From Eutreptiella sp. 'Long Island Sound 2002' (Eukaryota; Protista; Euglenida), in assembly GCA_964036045.1 (NCBI GenBank), contig OZ038378.1, positions 97,588,001 to 97,652,000 of the forward strand: 64,000 bases of DNA. The letters run 5' to 3'. Both the position numbers and the translations under genes were made by a program. Of the stretch, positions 24,325 through 35,639 are shown piece by piece; positions within the stretch are counted from its first letter, which is position 1; every line of letters starts with the position of its first letter. Under the pieces are notes generated by a model. The model saw only the letters and a program-made list of their open reading frames with translations. It made no database searches and was not told the origin of the DNA.

Positions 24325-27144
24325 CTAGGTTTGGCTGGTGGTTTTGGATTCCTTGGGGCACGTTTGGCGGTGGTTGCACCGTGGATGGGGGGGAGGGGGG
24401 GGGCGGGGGTGAGGGGCACCTAGTTTTGCAACGGGTTTCCCTGGTTTGGCTTTTGGTTTGGGTTTGGGCTTTGGCGGGCGGGTAATTTGCATCACTCTCT
24501 GGATATCCACATTCTGTTGCCGTGCAATCGTTGATGGAGGCACTGTTTGTTGTAGAACCGTAAGAAGGTCATCGCTTGGAGGGTTCTTATGAAGAAGGGT
24601 CCTGATATATTTGTGGAAGACACTGAAAAGAACGCTACGTGGTGGAACGGCTGCAAATGCAGTAGAAAACCGAAGGTCATCTACACTACGCAACACAACG
24701 GCTTTTACTCCCCGAAGGGGTGGCGGCTTCCATTGTACAATGGGCAAGGATGCAACAGACACACTCATAATAAATTTTCTCAGATGGGACCCATACCACT
24801 TGACACACTTCTCTGTCAGTGAGAACCGCACGTTCTTCCTCCTTGTCAGGGTCTTACTCGGCGTTACAAAAATTTGCGAGGTGCCGCTCAGGAATGTGAT
24901 GGTAGTCCATATCCGGCATCGTGCACACAACTTGCACAACCTAATCAACATAGCCTCCCCATATTCCTCACTGTGAATACAACCGGCCGTTCGAGAGTGC
25001 CAACACTGCCATGTGACCAGAGCAGTCACAAATGTCTTGATGTACTCCACATTCTCCCATTGACCCCCCACCAAAGAAAGCATAACCAACAAACAAGACT
25101 CCGGCACTGCCAAGGCATTCTTCCCACTTCCGGGATCTCTACCAGCCCAATTGCCGTCTCTCACAACGACACCAATCCTAAATGCAGCAAGGCATTACTC
25201 CTTCAACAACAGCTTCAACCCCAAAAGTAGCTCCTTGCTTTTAGACTGCATGTCCGTCGATGGTCCATTCTGCGCTACAACGGCAAGCGCATCAAGTTAT
25301 GCCTGAACTCTTGGGAGGTAAGTGCCAGCATTCAGATAACGCGCCAATATTGTGTTCTCCATATGAAGGAGCTTAACCTTGTTTGGTACTGCATCGCCTT
25401 CCTTCAAATCGGTGTGTGCTCTCTCGATCAGACAGATAATGGGCATAAAGTTGCGGTAAAGCATGGTGATCATATGCTTGTACGGGTGCCAAACCCCGTA
25501 GATGAGGGGGAGGCTCGACTAGTGGAATCGGAAGTTCCATGAAGTGTAACTCTGCCCATACAGGTATTTCAAGAGGTCACAGTGAATCTTCATATCCACA
25601 CACAGTGGTAAATCATGACGAGTTGCCAGCTGCACATGCCGCATTGTAGTAAGCAGTTTCAAGGGATCCAGTCTGGTTCCACACTGTAGTTGAGACACCA
25701 TCATTGGTTGCCAACGGAGAGAGCCTGCTGCACATGCCGGATTGTAGTTAGCAGTTTCAAGTGATTCAGTTTGGTGCCACACCGTACTTGAGACAGCATC
25801 ATTTTTTTTATCCAATAGGCCAGTTCATAATGTGCCAAGGGCAACTGTGGGCCAAGTTCGATGCAGAGTATAGATTTCGGCATAGCCAGGGTGTGCATAC
25901 GGGCTGCAGCTCACGCCTGCGCCCCCATGGCTTCCCGTTGGCGTGGTAGTGGTCATGTCATTGGTATTTCCCACTCGTTTGGATCCCAGTGCGTTTGGTG
26001 GCGTTTCGGTAGAGGATGCATCGGGACTTCCGACCAGGGTGGGGTCCCAATGTTCTCGTGGCCGTTTCCGTATGAGGTATATCGTCTATCGTGCTTGTCA
26101 GGTTGTTTGCCGGTATTGTGTCGTCTTATGTTTGCAGGCGTCATGGTAGCACTCTGTCATGTTTGCCAAGTGTTTCTGCTGGCACCACATGTAGTGTGCC
26201 TATCGTAGGTGAAGGTCCAGCGGCTTATCGGTGCCAGCGCACATCCTTTGGTATCGCCCGCAGATCAGCAGCAGCATTTTTGCATCCGCATACCACATCC
26301 TTGTGTCGTACGTTGCTTGTTTATACCATTGCCTGCGTATTTGGCACATGTGTGCATGTGTGTTGTGCTGTCGTTGTGCCGTCGTTGAGACAGCATCATT
26401 GGTTGCCAGCGGAGAGATAGCACATTTTGCCGCACAATGTCCAGGAGGACTCTGACAAAGGTATGCTCAATCATGTCAGGAAGAGCACAAACCTGCCGAA
26501 GCAGATCCGCATGACGAAGTTGTAAAGCATCAACACGTGCCCCAATTGTCTAAACGGCACCAATTAGTGAGACATGACCCGGATCGAGATGGTGGTAGGG
26601 CTGGCAAATGTAACATGGCCACAACTGTGCAATTTATGGAGTGGTCAAGATGCAGCGGGTCCAACCCATAATTCTTTTTCACCCAGTTGTCATACCACAC
26701 CGCCATCTGGTGGTTCTGCATGCTTTGCCAAAGCCATGTTGCTTGTTGTCGCGCATTGGCAGTAAGTGAGGGAATAGCTGCATGCATAAGTCCTGTGGGA
26801 GCCAACCATCGGCGGGTCCTCCGGCTCAATGAAATAGGTATTGGCACATCCTGGCACTGTGCATCAGGAGCTACCATCTTTCTCAGAAGTTGCAACAAGC
26901 ATCGCAATGGATTTGAGAAAACAGTGTACCAATGGGGCTTCTTCCGTATTCCATGGGCAAACAACAACCGTGTAAAGTCCTTCCGTGATCGTCGATGTGT
27001 CCGCATTGCCAGGGCCCAGACAGCCAATAACCTTGCGGACCCCCCATTGGCAACATCCGTCATGAGGTCATCAACGGTCCGAAACTCACGATTTGCCACA
27101 ACCACCATAAGCAGTGCCGGATCCATGTCCTGTGGTGACCTCAA
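24325..27144 (-). pseudogene. Putative DDE-type transposase of element B, interrupted by a LINE fragment
   Basis: VWYDNWVKK (26530-27144), LLDIVRQNVLSLRWQPMMLS (26265-26474), LPLCVDMKIH (25519-25815), LIYGVWHPYKH (about 25510-25475) and HSEEYGEAML (24325-25164) occur in the same order as in element A. There is also an internal ~98-bp tandem duplication at 25629-25803. Confidence 0.72.
25804..26384 (-). mobile_element. 5'-truncated non-LTR retrotransposon 3' end
   Basis: TSD TTGAGACAGCATCATT at 25788-25803 and 26385-26400; T-run (minus-strand polyA) at 25802-25809. RKRPREHWDPTL/HWDPNEWEIP is homologous to the 3' end of the LINE at 48514-51199. Confidence 0.9.
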
Positions 27145-27604
27145 TCGAAATACTCACTATTTGCCTCAGAACAGGGAATATACTGCATGTCAAGATTGTC
27201 GGAATGTTCATAAAATTCATCAAAGGCACAAGTTTGGGGACAAATGAAATCAAATTAGCACACAAATATACAAATACACAATAAGGGCATCAAAACATCA
27301 AATAATGAAGGAGTGGCGTAATTTCGCGTCTCATGAGTGAAAAAATACATGAAAAAAGGGTGTGATATCGGCCAATTTCAAGGAGTGGCGAAATTTCGCT
27401 TCATTTTGGCAATTTGGCTGATTTGGGGGTTGAAATTGGAATTGGGACATTGGTATGGTTCAAAAAATGGCTTTTAAAACATAAATTGAAATAGTGACCG
27501 CCCCCCCTTGCATTTCATACCCTAAAAAATCACCCCGTTTCGGGGTAACAAATTCCACTTCTTGAGGGTCACCATGGGGGGCAATTAAGGCCTCCTAAGG
27601 TGTT

Positions 27605-30600
27605 AGCGCTCCTCCCCCTCGCCGGTTTTTGCACGCACTTCGCGCGGTCCCCTCGCAGGGCGCTGGTAGGGTCATTCCAAGTGGTCGGTGCCCCTCCGCG
27701 TTTCCGGCTCGGGTCCCTTGCTCCGCCCGTCGTGTGTGTGTGTGGGGGGGGGAAACCCGGTCCCCGCGTCTCCCTTCCTAGTTCTCGGTGGCGTGCCCCC
27801 ACGGGGGTGGGTACGTGTGGCCGGGGTAGCCCTTTGTACGGTCGGGGCACGGTGGGGGGGGGGCGGCTCCGGCCGGGGATGGGGCCGGCTGTCTCTCTGT
27901 TCGTCTAGTTCGGGGGGGGGCACCTAGTCTAGCCGCTGGGCGGGGCCTCGGGGGGTGTGGTAGCTTCGTGCTCTTGCCCAGGCGGGGCGGGGGGTATTGG
28001 GGGCGGGGGGCGGGGTGCTGCGTTGGTGCCCCCCTGCCCGGTGTCGAGCGGCGTTGTGTAGCCTGCGGGGGGATGGCTCGTGCGTACCTCTGCCCTCCCT
28101 GCACGGGCACCAAAGCGGTCTTCCACTGCGTCCCTTGGGCCATGGAGCGCGTTGAGGCCATACTGTTCCGACTTGCAACCGTGAGCATCTGGGCGTCGCC
28201 TGGGCGTCGCCCAAAGGGGACGTTGTGTGGCATGTATCCCACCTGCTCGTCCCTCCGCCGCCGTCTCGGCGGCCGACCGGTGCGGCTGCCAGGCGGTGGG
28301 TCGCGTGGGGGTCGCTTCCGGTGCCCGGGGGTCGCGGGGCCGTGGGGGGGGGGGGGGGTGGGTCGGATGGTGGGGGGACGGGGTCCTTTCTCCGTGGGGG
28401 GGCTTTGCAGCACCCAGGGGGGTCGCGCCGGCGCCGTGCCGGGCACGCTGGGGGGAGCCTGCTCTCCCCGAGGGGGGGGGTCTCTGTTTGCCGCCTCGTC
28501 CCCCTGCCCCCTCCCGGGCTCGTCCCCTCCCTGCGGGGAGCGCGGGAATACGATGTCCGTGTTCGGTCACCATGAAGCATACTGGTGTTCACCTGACGTG
28601 CGTCGAGTACGCCCCGAAGTCGGCAAGATTCCAGGTCCGTCGCTGGTCTACGGGTGCGCGCGCCACGGCACACCTGGAGGATATGGGGAGGAAAGACTAT
28701 GGAGAGATGGTTAGGGGGCGAACGGTGTGTGGACATAACCAACCCGAGTGTCCCGCCTGCCTCTTCTCCTACGGCTCCGAAGGACTGCGGCGCGACTTCG
28801 CAGGGCACGGGGCGGTGTGAGACGGTGTGGCCACTTGCGTAGTGTGTCATCCGTGCGCGGTGCGGGGCCACAGGCGACGGCCACCCAGGGCCGGTTTGCT
28901 GGGGGGCGGGGTCCGGGCTCAGGAGGTCAGTGGGTCAGCAGCGCACTGGTGCGGGGCCCTTTGTTCCTGTGGCTAGCGTGCGGCAGGGGTTAGCGTGGCG
29001 CAGCGTGAGCCGGCGCGTCAGTCAACACTGTACACCACGCGGCTCTGCAAGCCACCCCCGCCCGTGGGGAAACCCCCCCCCCTATCCGCCAGTCGGGCCC
29101 CGCCAAGCGGGGGGCCCCGCCCTCCCCCCCTCCGACTCCTCGGAGTTGACCGCGGCCAGGTGCCGCGACGGGGCGCCCGCGGTCGCGACAGGGTGCTCCA
29201 CCCGGAGGCGAAGCGCGTGGGCGTCGTGGTGCGCCCCCCCCCCCGGGCAGGGCGGGAAATCGCTCAGGGCAAGGTGGACCGTGACGTTGCCGGCGGCGTA
29301 GGACGCGGCGGCCACGTCCCCCGTCCCGCCAGTCTATGTCGTTCAGCGCATAACATTGTGTGCCATGCCTTTGGGAGACATAAGGGGCGGGTGGGCAGGT
29401 TGTTCAGGGGCGTTGTGGCGTGCGTGCCCCGTTTTGTGGCACACTGGTGCATAGGTCCGGTGGCGCACCCTAGGGGGGGGGGGGGTGGTGATCCTCCCGG
29501 TTTGGCAAGGCGCGTCTCGTGGCGTGCCTTGTTGCCGTGAGGGTCACGATCAGTGGCATTCGTCCCCCTTTTCGCCTGCGGCAGACGTAAGGGGGTGGTT
29601 CGGTTGGCTGTGTCGGGGTGGCGTGGCGTACCCGGTGCTGTGGTGTGCAGGCCCAGTTGCCCGCCCTTCGGGGGCGGGGGGGGGGGGGGGGCGGTGATCT
29701 CCCCGCGTTGCGAGGGGGGTCCCGCCGGTCGTCTTGCCGCAGCGAGGGTCACCGGCGGCGGCGTTTGTCCCCCCCTTCATCTGCCGCCGTGGGCCAAGGG
29801 TGTGGGACTACGGTTACTGGTCACGCCGGCGGTGAGGGGCGGCGGCCCGGGCTAACCTTCCGCTGTTCGGGGGCCGTCCCTGGGTGAAATTTGTGAGGGC
29901 TGGGTCAGGGGGGCCAGAGGGGTTAGAGGCATCAGGGTTAGGAGGGCCCCTACTTCCGCTCTCGCCGGGGCGTCGAGTGTCGCTGGCAGGTGGTTCCTGG
30001 GATCCGCACCGTCGCTGGAACTTGGAGGGCGGCGGCGACGGTCCCCCCCCTCGCGCGCCAAGCGGCGGCGGCATCTGCGGTCCCGCGTTGGTCTTGCCCT
30101 GTCCCTGTGCGTCGTCGGCATGCCAGCCAGAGTCATGGGGTCGGGGTCCGAGGGTGTGGCCCCCGCCTCGCGTCCCTCGGTGTGTGAGCGGTGGCGCGGG
30201 GCATGGGGGGGCTCCACGGGTAATGGCGTGTAGGGGGGGTCCGTGCCCCGTGTCGTCGCAGCGGGGGCCATGGGCTCGTATGTGGACGGGGGGTGGCATG
30301 GGTCCCCCGCCCGTGCCCGTTGCCAGAGGTCATGGGCCTTGGTTAGTTGACTTCGGACGGGCGTTGCGAGCAGACTCCCGCCAGCGCTTAGGTCTGTCCA
30401 CGGGCTCGAGGCTCAGTGGTCACCCGGTTAGCCGACCGCCTCTGCCTCCAGCGGCCGCAGGCTCGGGGCGGCGGTGGGGACCAGGTGTTAGCGACCCCTC
30501 GCCGTCACCACTCCATGCCGGGCGGTGCGCGGTTGCCAGCCGGTTGCAATTGACCCCCCCTCACTTCCCGGGCGGCGTGTGGGGGCCGGCACAGGCTGCG

Positions 30601-31681
30601 CGCGCCTTCCCTGGGCAGGGGCGCGGCTGTGGTCCTCCCGCACTCCGGGCCGTCACTTTCGCCTCCGCTTCTGTGGGGGCTGGGGCTGCGGCGGCGTCAG
30701 ATTCCTCGGGCGGTAGCGCCAACGTTTTAGGGCGGCGCGCAGGGCTCGGGCCACCAACTCATTGGTCTCCGCGTCCATGACGCGGAGCACCCCCCCCTCC
30801 CTCCAAAAAACCTGGCCATCCTAGCTCACGGCCCGGGCACCCAACCTGAATGATGGCCGGAGGGACCCTTTCGTGGTCCTCCCGGGCCATCCAGCCCCCC
30901 GGGGGCACCTCCCCGTTCCCCCCGGCCCGCCGGACGAACACGTCGTCGAACGAACGGTTCCTCCGGTACCCGGAGGTGGCCCAGTTCAGCCACCCCAGCA
31001 CCAACAGCACCGCCGGGAGGGTCTCGCCCCCAGGGGGTCGGTGATGGCGTCCGAATCTCGTACCCAGGTCCCGGCAGGGCGCGGGGCCTCTGTGACTCCC
31101 CGCGCTGGCTCGGCTTGGGGTTCCTGTGCTGCGGGGGCGAGGGACCTCCGCGCCGGCTCCGCTCGGGGCTCTTGCGCCGCCGAGGCGGCGGCCATCCGCG
31201 CCGGTTCAGCCCGTAGCTCCCGTGCCGCGGGGGCGGGGTCGCGCAGGGCAGCTCCGCGCGGGCAAACTTGGTGGTGGGGGGGTTGGGGGGGGACCAGGGC
31301 CCCCAAGGAGGGGTCGATGTTGTAGATGGACTGGTGATGGTGGTGGTGGGCGTGGTGTGCCGGCATCCAACAGGCGGATGCACTGCGCCGCTTGGACCTC
31401 CGCCCGCGGGGCTTCCCCGCCTCCTTTCCCGTGCGGGTGGTGCCCTTTGCCCTTCCCTTTCCATCCCGCCTCCGGGCGCCGCCTGCACTTGCCGTGGCGC
31501 CCTGTGTCGCCTCCCTCGCCCTTGCCCTTGGGTCCCTTCCCTGTCACTCGCCCTCCGCCTTTTTGCGCCCCCTCCAGCCCCCTTCCTTGTCCATGCCCTT
31601 TGCCCCCTTCGCTGCCGCCCGCGCCCTTGCCCTTTCCTTGCCCTTGCCCTTTCCTCTCGTCGCCTACTCCCTTCGCTCCCC
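27605..31681. mobile_element. GC-rich repeat, right part (host of element B)
   Basis: Continues the GC-rich sequence split by element B. 31430-31560 is homologous to 17930-18100 (KGKGK-type low-complexity coding on the minus strand). Confidence 0.5.
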
Positions 31682-32905
31682 TTTTTTTTTAACACAAAGC
31701 AACATTTACGGCCCGGCCAAGGCCCCACACTGGCATCCAGATGGTCCGGGGAAATCTGTTCAACGCCGGGTTTGAGTATATAGAACGTGATAAGGACTGA
31801 ATCTGCGACCGGCGTGAATTAGAGTCAGGTAATGCACTTTTGGTTAGCGGAAGGAGAGGTGATCAAGTGGGGGGGGGGGGGTCGTCAATGCTATGGGGCG
31901 GGACCGCATTTATAGTGGGAAGTGGAAGGAAATGAAAAGGGATGCGACGGGTGTTGCTGGACGGTGGTTTCTTGCGCGAGGATTTTTCTCGACGACGGCG
32001 GGATGGCGTTGGATGTGGTTTTTGGAGGCGTTGGCGTTTGCCCGTGAAATGGAAGGGGGGGATCGGAGGGTGGACTTGCTTTTCGCTTGTTTGGCTTTTG
32101 TTTCCTGGATACGGCCACGGGGAGGGGGGGGGGGGGGTATTGAGGGGTGACTATTGGCCGGGGGTGCCTAGTGGTGCTATAGGTGGAGTAAGGGGTACCC
32201 CAGGGTTGCTGGAGACTGGGGATGGGCGAGGCTGGGGAAGTGGGTGCTCACGGAGGTGGTTCAAGACTTCGTGGAGGATGCTAGTGAGGGCCGGACGTCG
32301 CCAACCAGGGCGTGACGTAAGTCCTCCTTGTGTTCGGCCAAGCACTTCCCGACTGGGAGGGTAGAGAGCATATCAGCTAGGGAACGGGGTACTAGGGTAC
32401 GAATGAAGTGCCGGCGATTGGTGACCTCCTGGGTTTCCCACCACACGGCGGTAATCACGTCAAAAGGGGGGGGGCATGCTTGGAACATAGGCTGACGGAA
32501 CGAGTCCATGGAAGGGCACTCGGCAGTGAAGGTGATGATCCAAAGGGTGATTCAGGGAGCACACGTGGCAGAGGTACTCAGCCAACTTCCAGTGCGGTTC
32601 ATAGGTAGACATGGAGTAGTTTCCTGACGTCCACTTGAAGGTGAAGGCAGAGAAAAAAATAGAATGCTTGTAGAAGTCGGAGCTGAAAGGGAGGTGAAGT
32701 TCAGCGAATTCATGTTTGGGAAGACGAGCTTTGATTTTGGCTGCAGAGGGGACTTTAAGAACTAGGCGCTTGTTTACAATGATAGACCCTAGAGGGGGAG
32801 GGGGGGTCGGGTTCCTATGCCATAGAAGCGCGTGTGTTGCCCATTTGCTGAAATAGCCGCTTACCTCGTTACCCTGGAAGCCGGCATGTCCCTTGATGCT
32901 GCGCA
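31682..32905 (-). mobile_element. Non-LTR retrotransposon 3' fragment (RNase H end, CCHC-like finger, A-rich tail)
   Basis: IKGHAGFQGNEVSGYFSKWA (RNase H GH..GNE motif) and YLCHVCSLNHPLDHHLHC in ORF 32460-32906; T-run at 31682-31690. Confidence 0.65.
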
Positions 32906-33683
32906 ATGTACCTGGGTGGAAGGGAGCAAGGCGTTCAGTTCAAGTTTTTGGATGATGCTACCATTTTGCACCGATGCCCCCTATCCGAGGTCCATGAACA
33001 CTTGCTCAAGACCTATCCACAAAATTTAGCCTTTGAGTTTGACTCCATAGCGGAACGGTCGAACATTCACATGCTTGACATCCATATTGTCTCTCTTTAC
33101 CCTTTCTAGTCCTCGGTATGGTGGAAACCAACACACATGTGCTCCTACATCTCATGGGAAGCAAACGTGCCGCGGCACATACACATCGCGTGGGTTTAGG
33201 GGGAGTTTATTCGCTATGTGCTTATTTGTTCTTCCCTTCGCTTCTACCGACTTTGCTGTAGGCGACTCGTTGGTGCCTTGATCTATCACAAGTATCGCAA
33301 GTCGTTTATCCAAGATCAATCGGTGGCATGGTGTGATAGAGACAAGTATTTGAAACTCAAAAGTGATGTGGTTTGCAACGTGGTGGGTGGGAGGGTTGCA
33401 AATGGGCCGCACGAGTCATCACTTAGCCAAGTGAAACTAAGCAAGACGCCACATTCACACACAACACCAAGGGTGTCCATATGTGTTTAGGGTCCGGCAC
33501 GATTCGTCTTTGCCTATTCTTTGGGCCGACATCATCCGAAAATTCAAAAGGAATTTGAATTGCTTGCCTAATGTCAAAATTTTCACTATTTTAAAGCCCC
33601 TTCCCTACATGAAGGCATTATTCCGGCGCTACGCACAGCAGGCACTCTGCACGGACGCTCCTGTGGCCAGCGATGGGAGATAA
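32906..33683 (+). pseudogene. Penelope-like element RT C-terminal half
   Basis: MYLG..EQ, FKFLDD, IHMLDIHI, VWWKPTHMCSYI, GEFIRYVLICS and HKYRKSFI follow the PLE RT/thumb motif order. Confidence 0.8.
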
Positions 33684-33749
33684 CTTTGTGTGTCTTTGAG
33701 GACAGTTTTGTGGTTTCCGGAAAATCCACGGAGGGTTAAAAAGCCATTG

Positions 33750-35635
33750 GCCAATTTATTTCAAAAACGCACAAACTTTTACATCCTCCACCTCCTTCCC
33801 CGCTCTTGCAAAGAGGCCCTACAGCCCTAGTTTCGCTTATCAATAAACTCATGCTGCAGGGGTTGCCACCGTACTGGGCACACGCCAATCTGGCCATGCC
33901 ATACAAAAAGGGCGACCCCCATTCAGCGGTAAACTACCGCCCCATTTCCCTCCTCAACCCCTGCTACAAACGGATTGCCAAATGGGTGATTGCCGAACGA
34001 GATGGGCTCACCACCCAATACAAACTACTCCACCCCTCCCAAATGGGAGGCCTCAAATGCCGCCGCACTGCGGACCACATTTTCCCGGTCCTTCAAGCCC
34101 TCCAGGTGCGCCCCAAATCTTACCACGTTTACATTGATTTCGAAAAAGCGTTCAACAGTGTGGTCCGCCCCACGTCCTGGCGCCTGCTTGAGCACTACAA
34201 CCTGCCTATCGAACTCATCCATTGCCTTCGACTACTTTAATGTGACACCCTGGACGCTCCCCTTGTGCGGGGGGGGGTCCCCTTATCGATACGCCAAGCT
34301 CCGGGGTGTCCGTCAAGGCTGCCCCCTCTTTCCCCTACTTTTTGTTTTGTATTTGAATGGCTTGCTTTTCAACGCCCCTTTCCCCAACCAATCGACTGAC
34401 CTCACCAATACTGGGCATGCTTTCATTGATGACCTCTTGTATCGCAGCCCAGACGCCTCCCTCATCCAGGCCTCATTGATTTCTTTGACACGGCCGGCCG
34501 GAAACTTGGCATGAACATGAATATGACCAAAACAAGCCCTAAAAGGGGCCGCCAAGCACGTTTTTTCATCGCCGTCTGGCTCCGTTTTCAACACTGTCGA
34601 CCCCATCACCGGCCGCCCGAGAGAATGTTATAAATACTTAGGGGTTTTTATTTTCACTACGGACCACCGCAAAAATTGCTCGCCCTCACCAAACGAGAAG
34701 TGTCATCGTTTTTTCAGCGCCATCAGCCCATCCCTTCGACACTGCCGGAGTTGCTGTCCGTGGTGAATTGCCAACTAATCCCCATTCTCTGCCATCACCT
34801 GATTGCCCACACCCAGCAACTTCAAGCTTTGAAGCACCATCTCTGGATTGCCGTGGCCAGGCAGGGCGGGTTTGCACAAAAAAAAAAAACACCCAAGGAT
34901 CGCCACCAGCCTAAATTGAGACTCGGATTGAATGTCCGCGACCTCAGCCGGGCAATCCACAAGTTTACTGTCGCCTCTGGCATTAGATACCTTAACAGCG
35001 AAGGCCCGGACGTCCCTTGTTGTGTCATGCAACAAGCCCTCCTCTCCCGTGAACCGAATTGGTTTCTTGACTCATTCTCGAATTCGTGCAACGCCCTCGG
35101 TCTGGAGTACAATGGGCTACCATCGAATCCCGCGCCTCACGACTTCCGCATCCCCCGTGATCACCTCTACGTAAAATGCAAGTCCCCTAAGACCGAGGAG
35201 GCTGAAACATTCCCCGGTGTCATCTCCGGGGTAGCCCACGATTCTGTGCAAGTTGATTTCCCTGACAACTCCTGTCAATTGCATGACGACAACACATGGT
35301 CTTGGACGCCCCGCCCGAGTGGGATTTTTTTCCTGGGACACGTCAGAACCTAGCATCCTTACCCTCCTCCCTGCACGTGCCAAGTCCCTGTATCCTGATG
35401 CCCAGCGCCCCCACTCCTGGCAACACCGGTCTCGTCTTCACCCCTGGGCAAGTCCTTCATCATCCCCTCTTTGGCCCATGTCTTGCAGTCAACTGACCTT
35501 CAGGCTTGAAATTGTAACAAGGTAGCGAGACTCCTGGAGTCCAGCGTGCCTACTATGTGGGTATACACTGATGGTTCGTCGTCCCCTCAATGCCACTATG
35601 CTGAGCTGCTCCTCGCCCTACGAATCGTCTGAAGA
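33750..35635 (+). pseudogene. Non-LTR retrotransposon RT plus RNase H start
   Basis: YKKGDPHSAVNYRPISLLN, YIDFEKAFNSV, GVRQGCPLFPLLFVLY, HAFIDDL, YKYLG-type segment, WVYTDGS at about 35559 and AELLLAL. Confidence 0.92.
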
Positions 35636-35639
35636 AACC

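Larger units (their letters stand above)
20538..27399. repeat. Dispersed palindrome GCGAAATTTCGC, 7 copies within element B
   Basis: Copies at about 20538, 20624, 21768, 23954, 24020 (perfect 18-mer GTGGCGAAATTTCGCCAC), 27316 and 27388. Four sit in the context GGAGTGGCG(A/T)AATTTCGC. Confidence 0.85.
20188..27599 (-). mobile_element. TIR DNA transposon, copy B of the CTTAG-ended family
   Basis: Perfect 21-bp TIR CTTAGGAGGCCTTAATTGCCC (20188-20208; reverse complement at 27579-27599), flanked by direct GTGTT at 20183-20187 and 27600-27604. An AT-richer island inside GC-rich repeat, with two ORFs homologous to element A. Confidence 0.95.

Noticed and set aside
20188-27599. PIF/Harbinger assignment (TTA/TAA next to GG termini, two ORFs)
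   Set aside because: TTA and TAA are inverted rather than direct and belong to the TIR. The true direct duplications (GTGTT, CCTAAA) lie outside CTTAG, and no Myb/SANT ORF was seen.
27569-31783. Many long overlapping ORFs as real genes
   Set aside because: Very high GC suppresses stop codons in all six frames; the translations are low-complexity with no recognisable domains.
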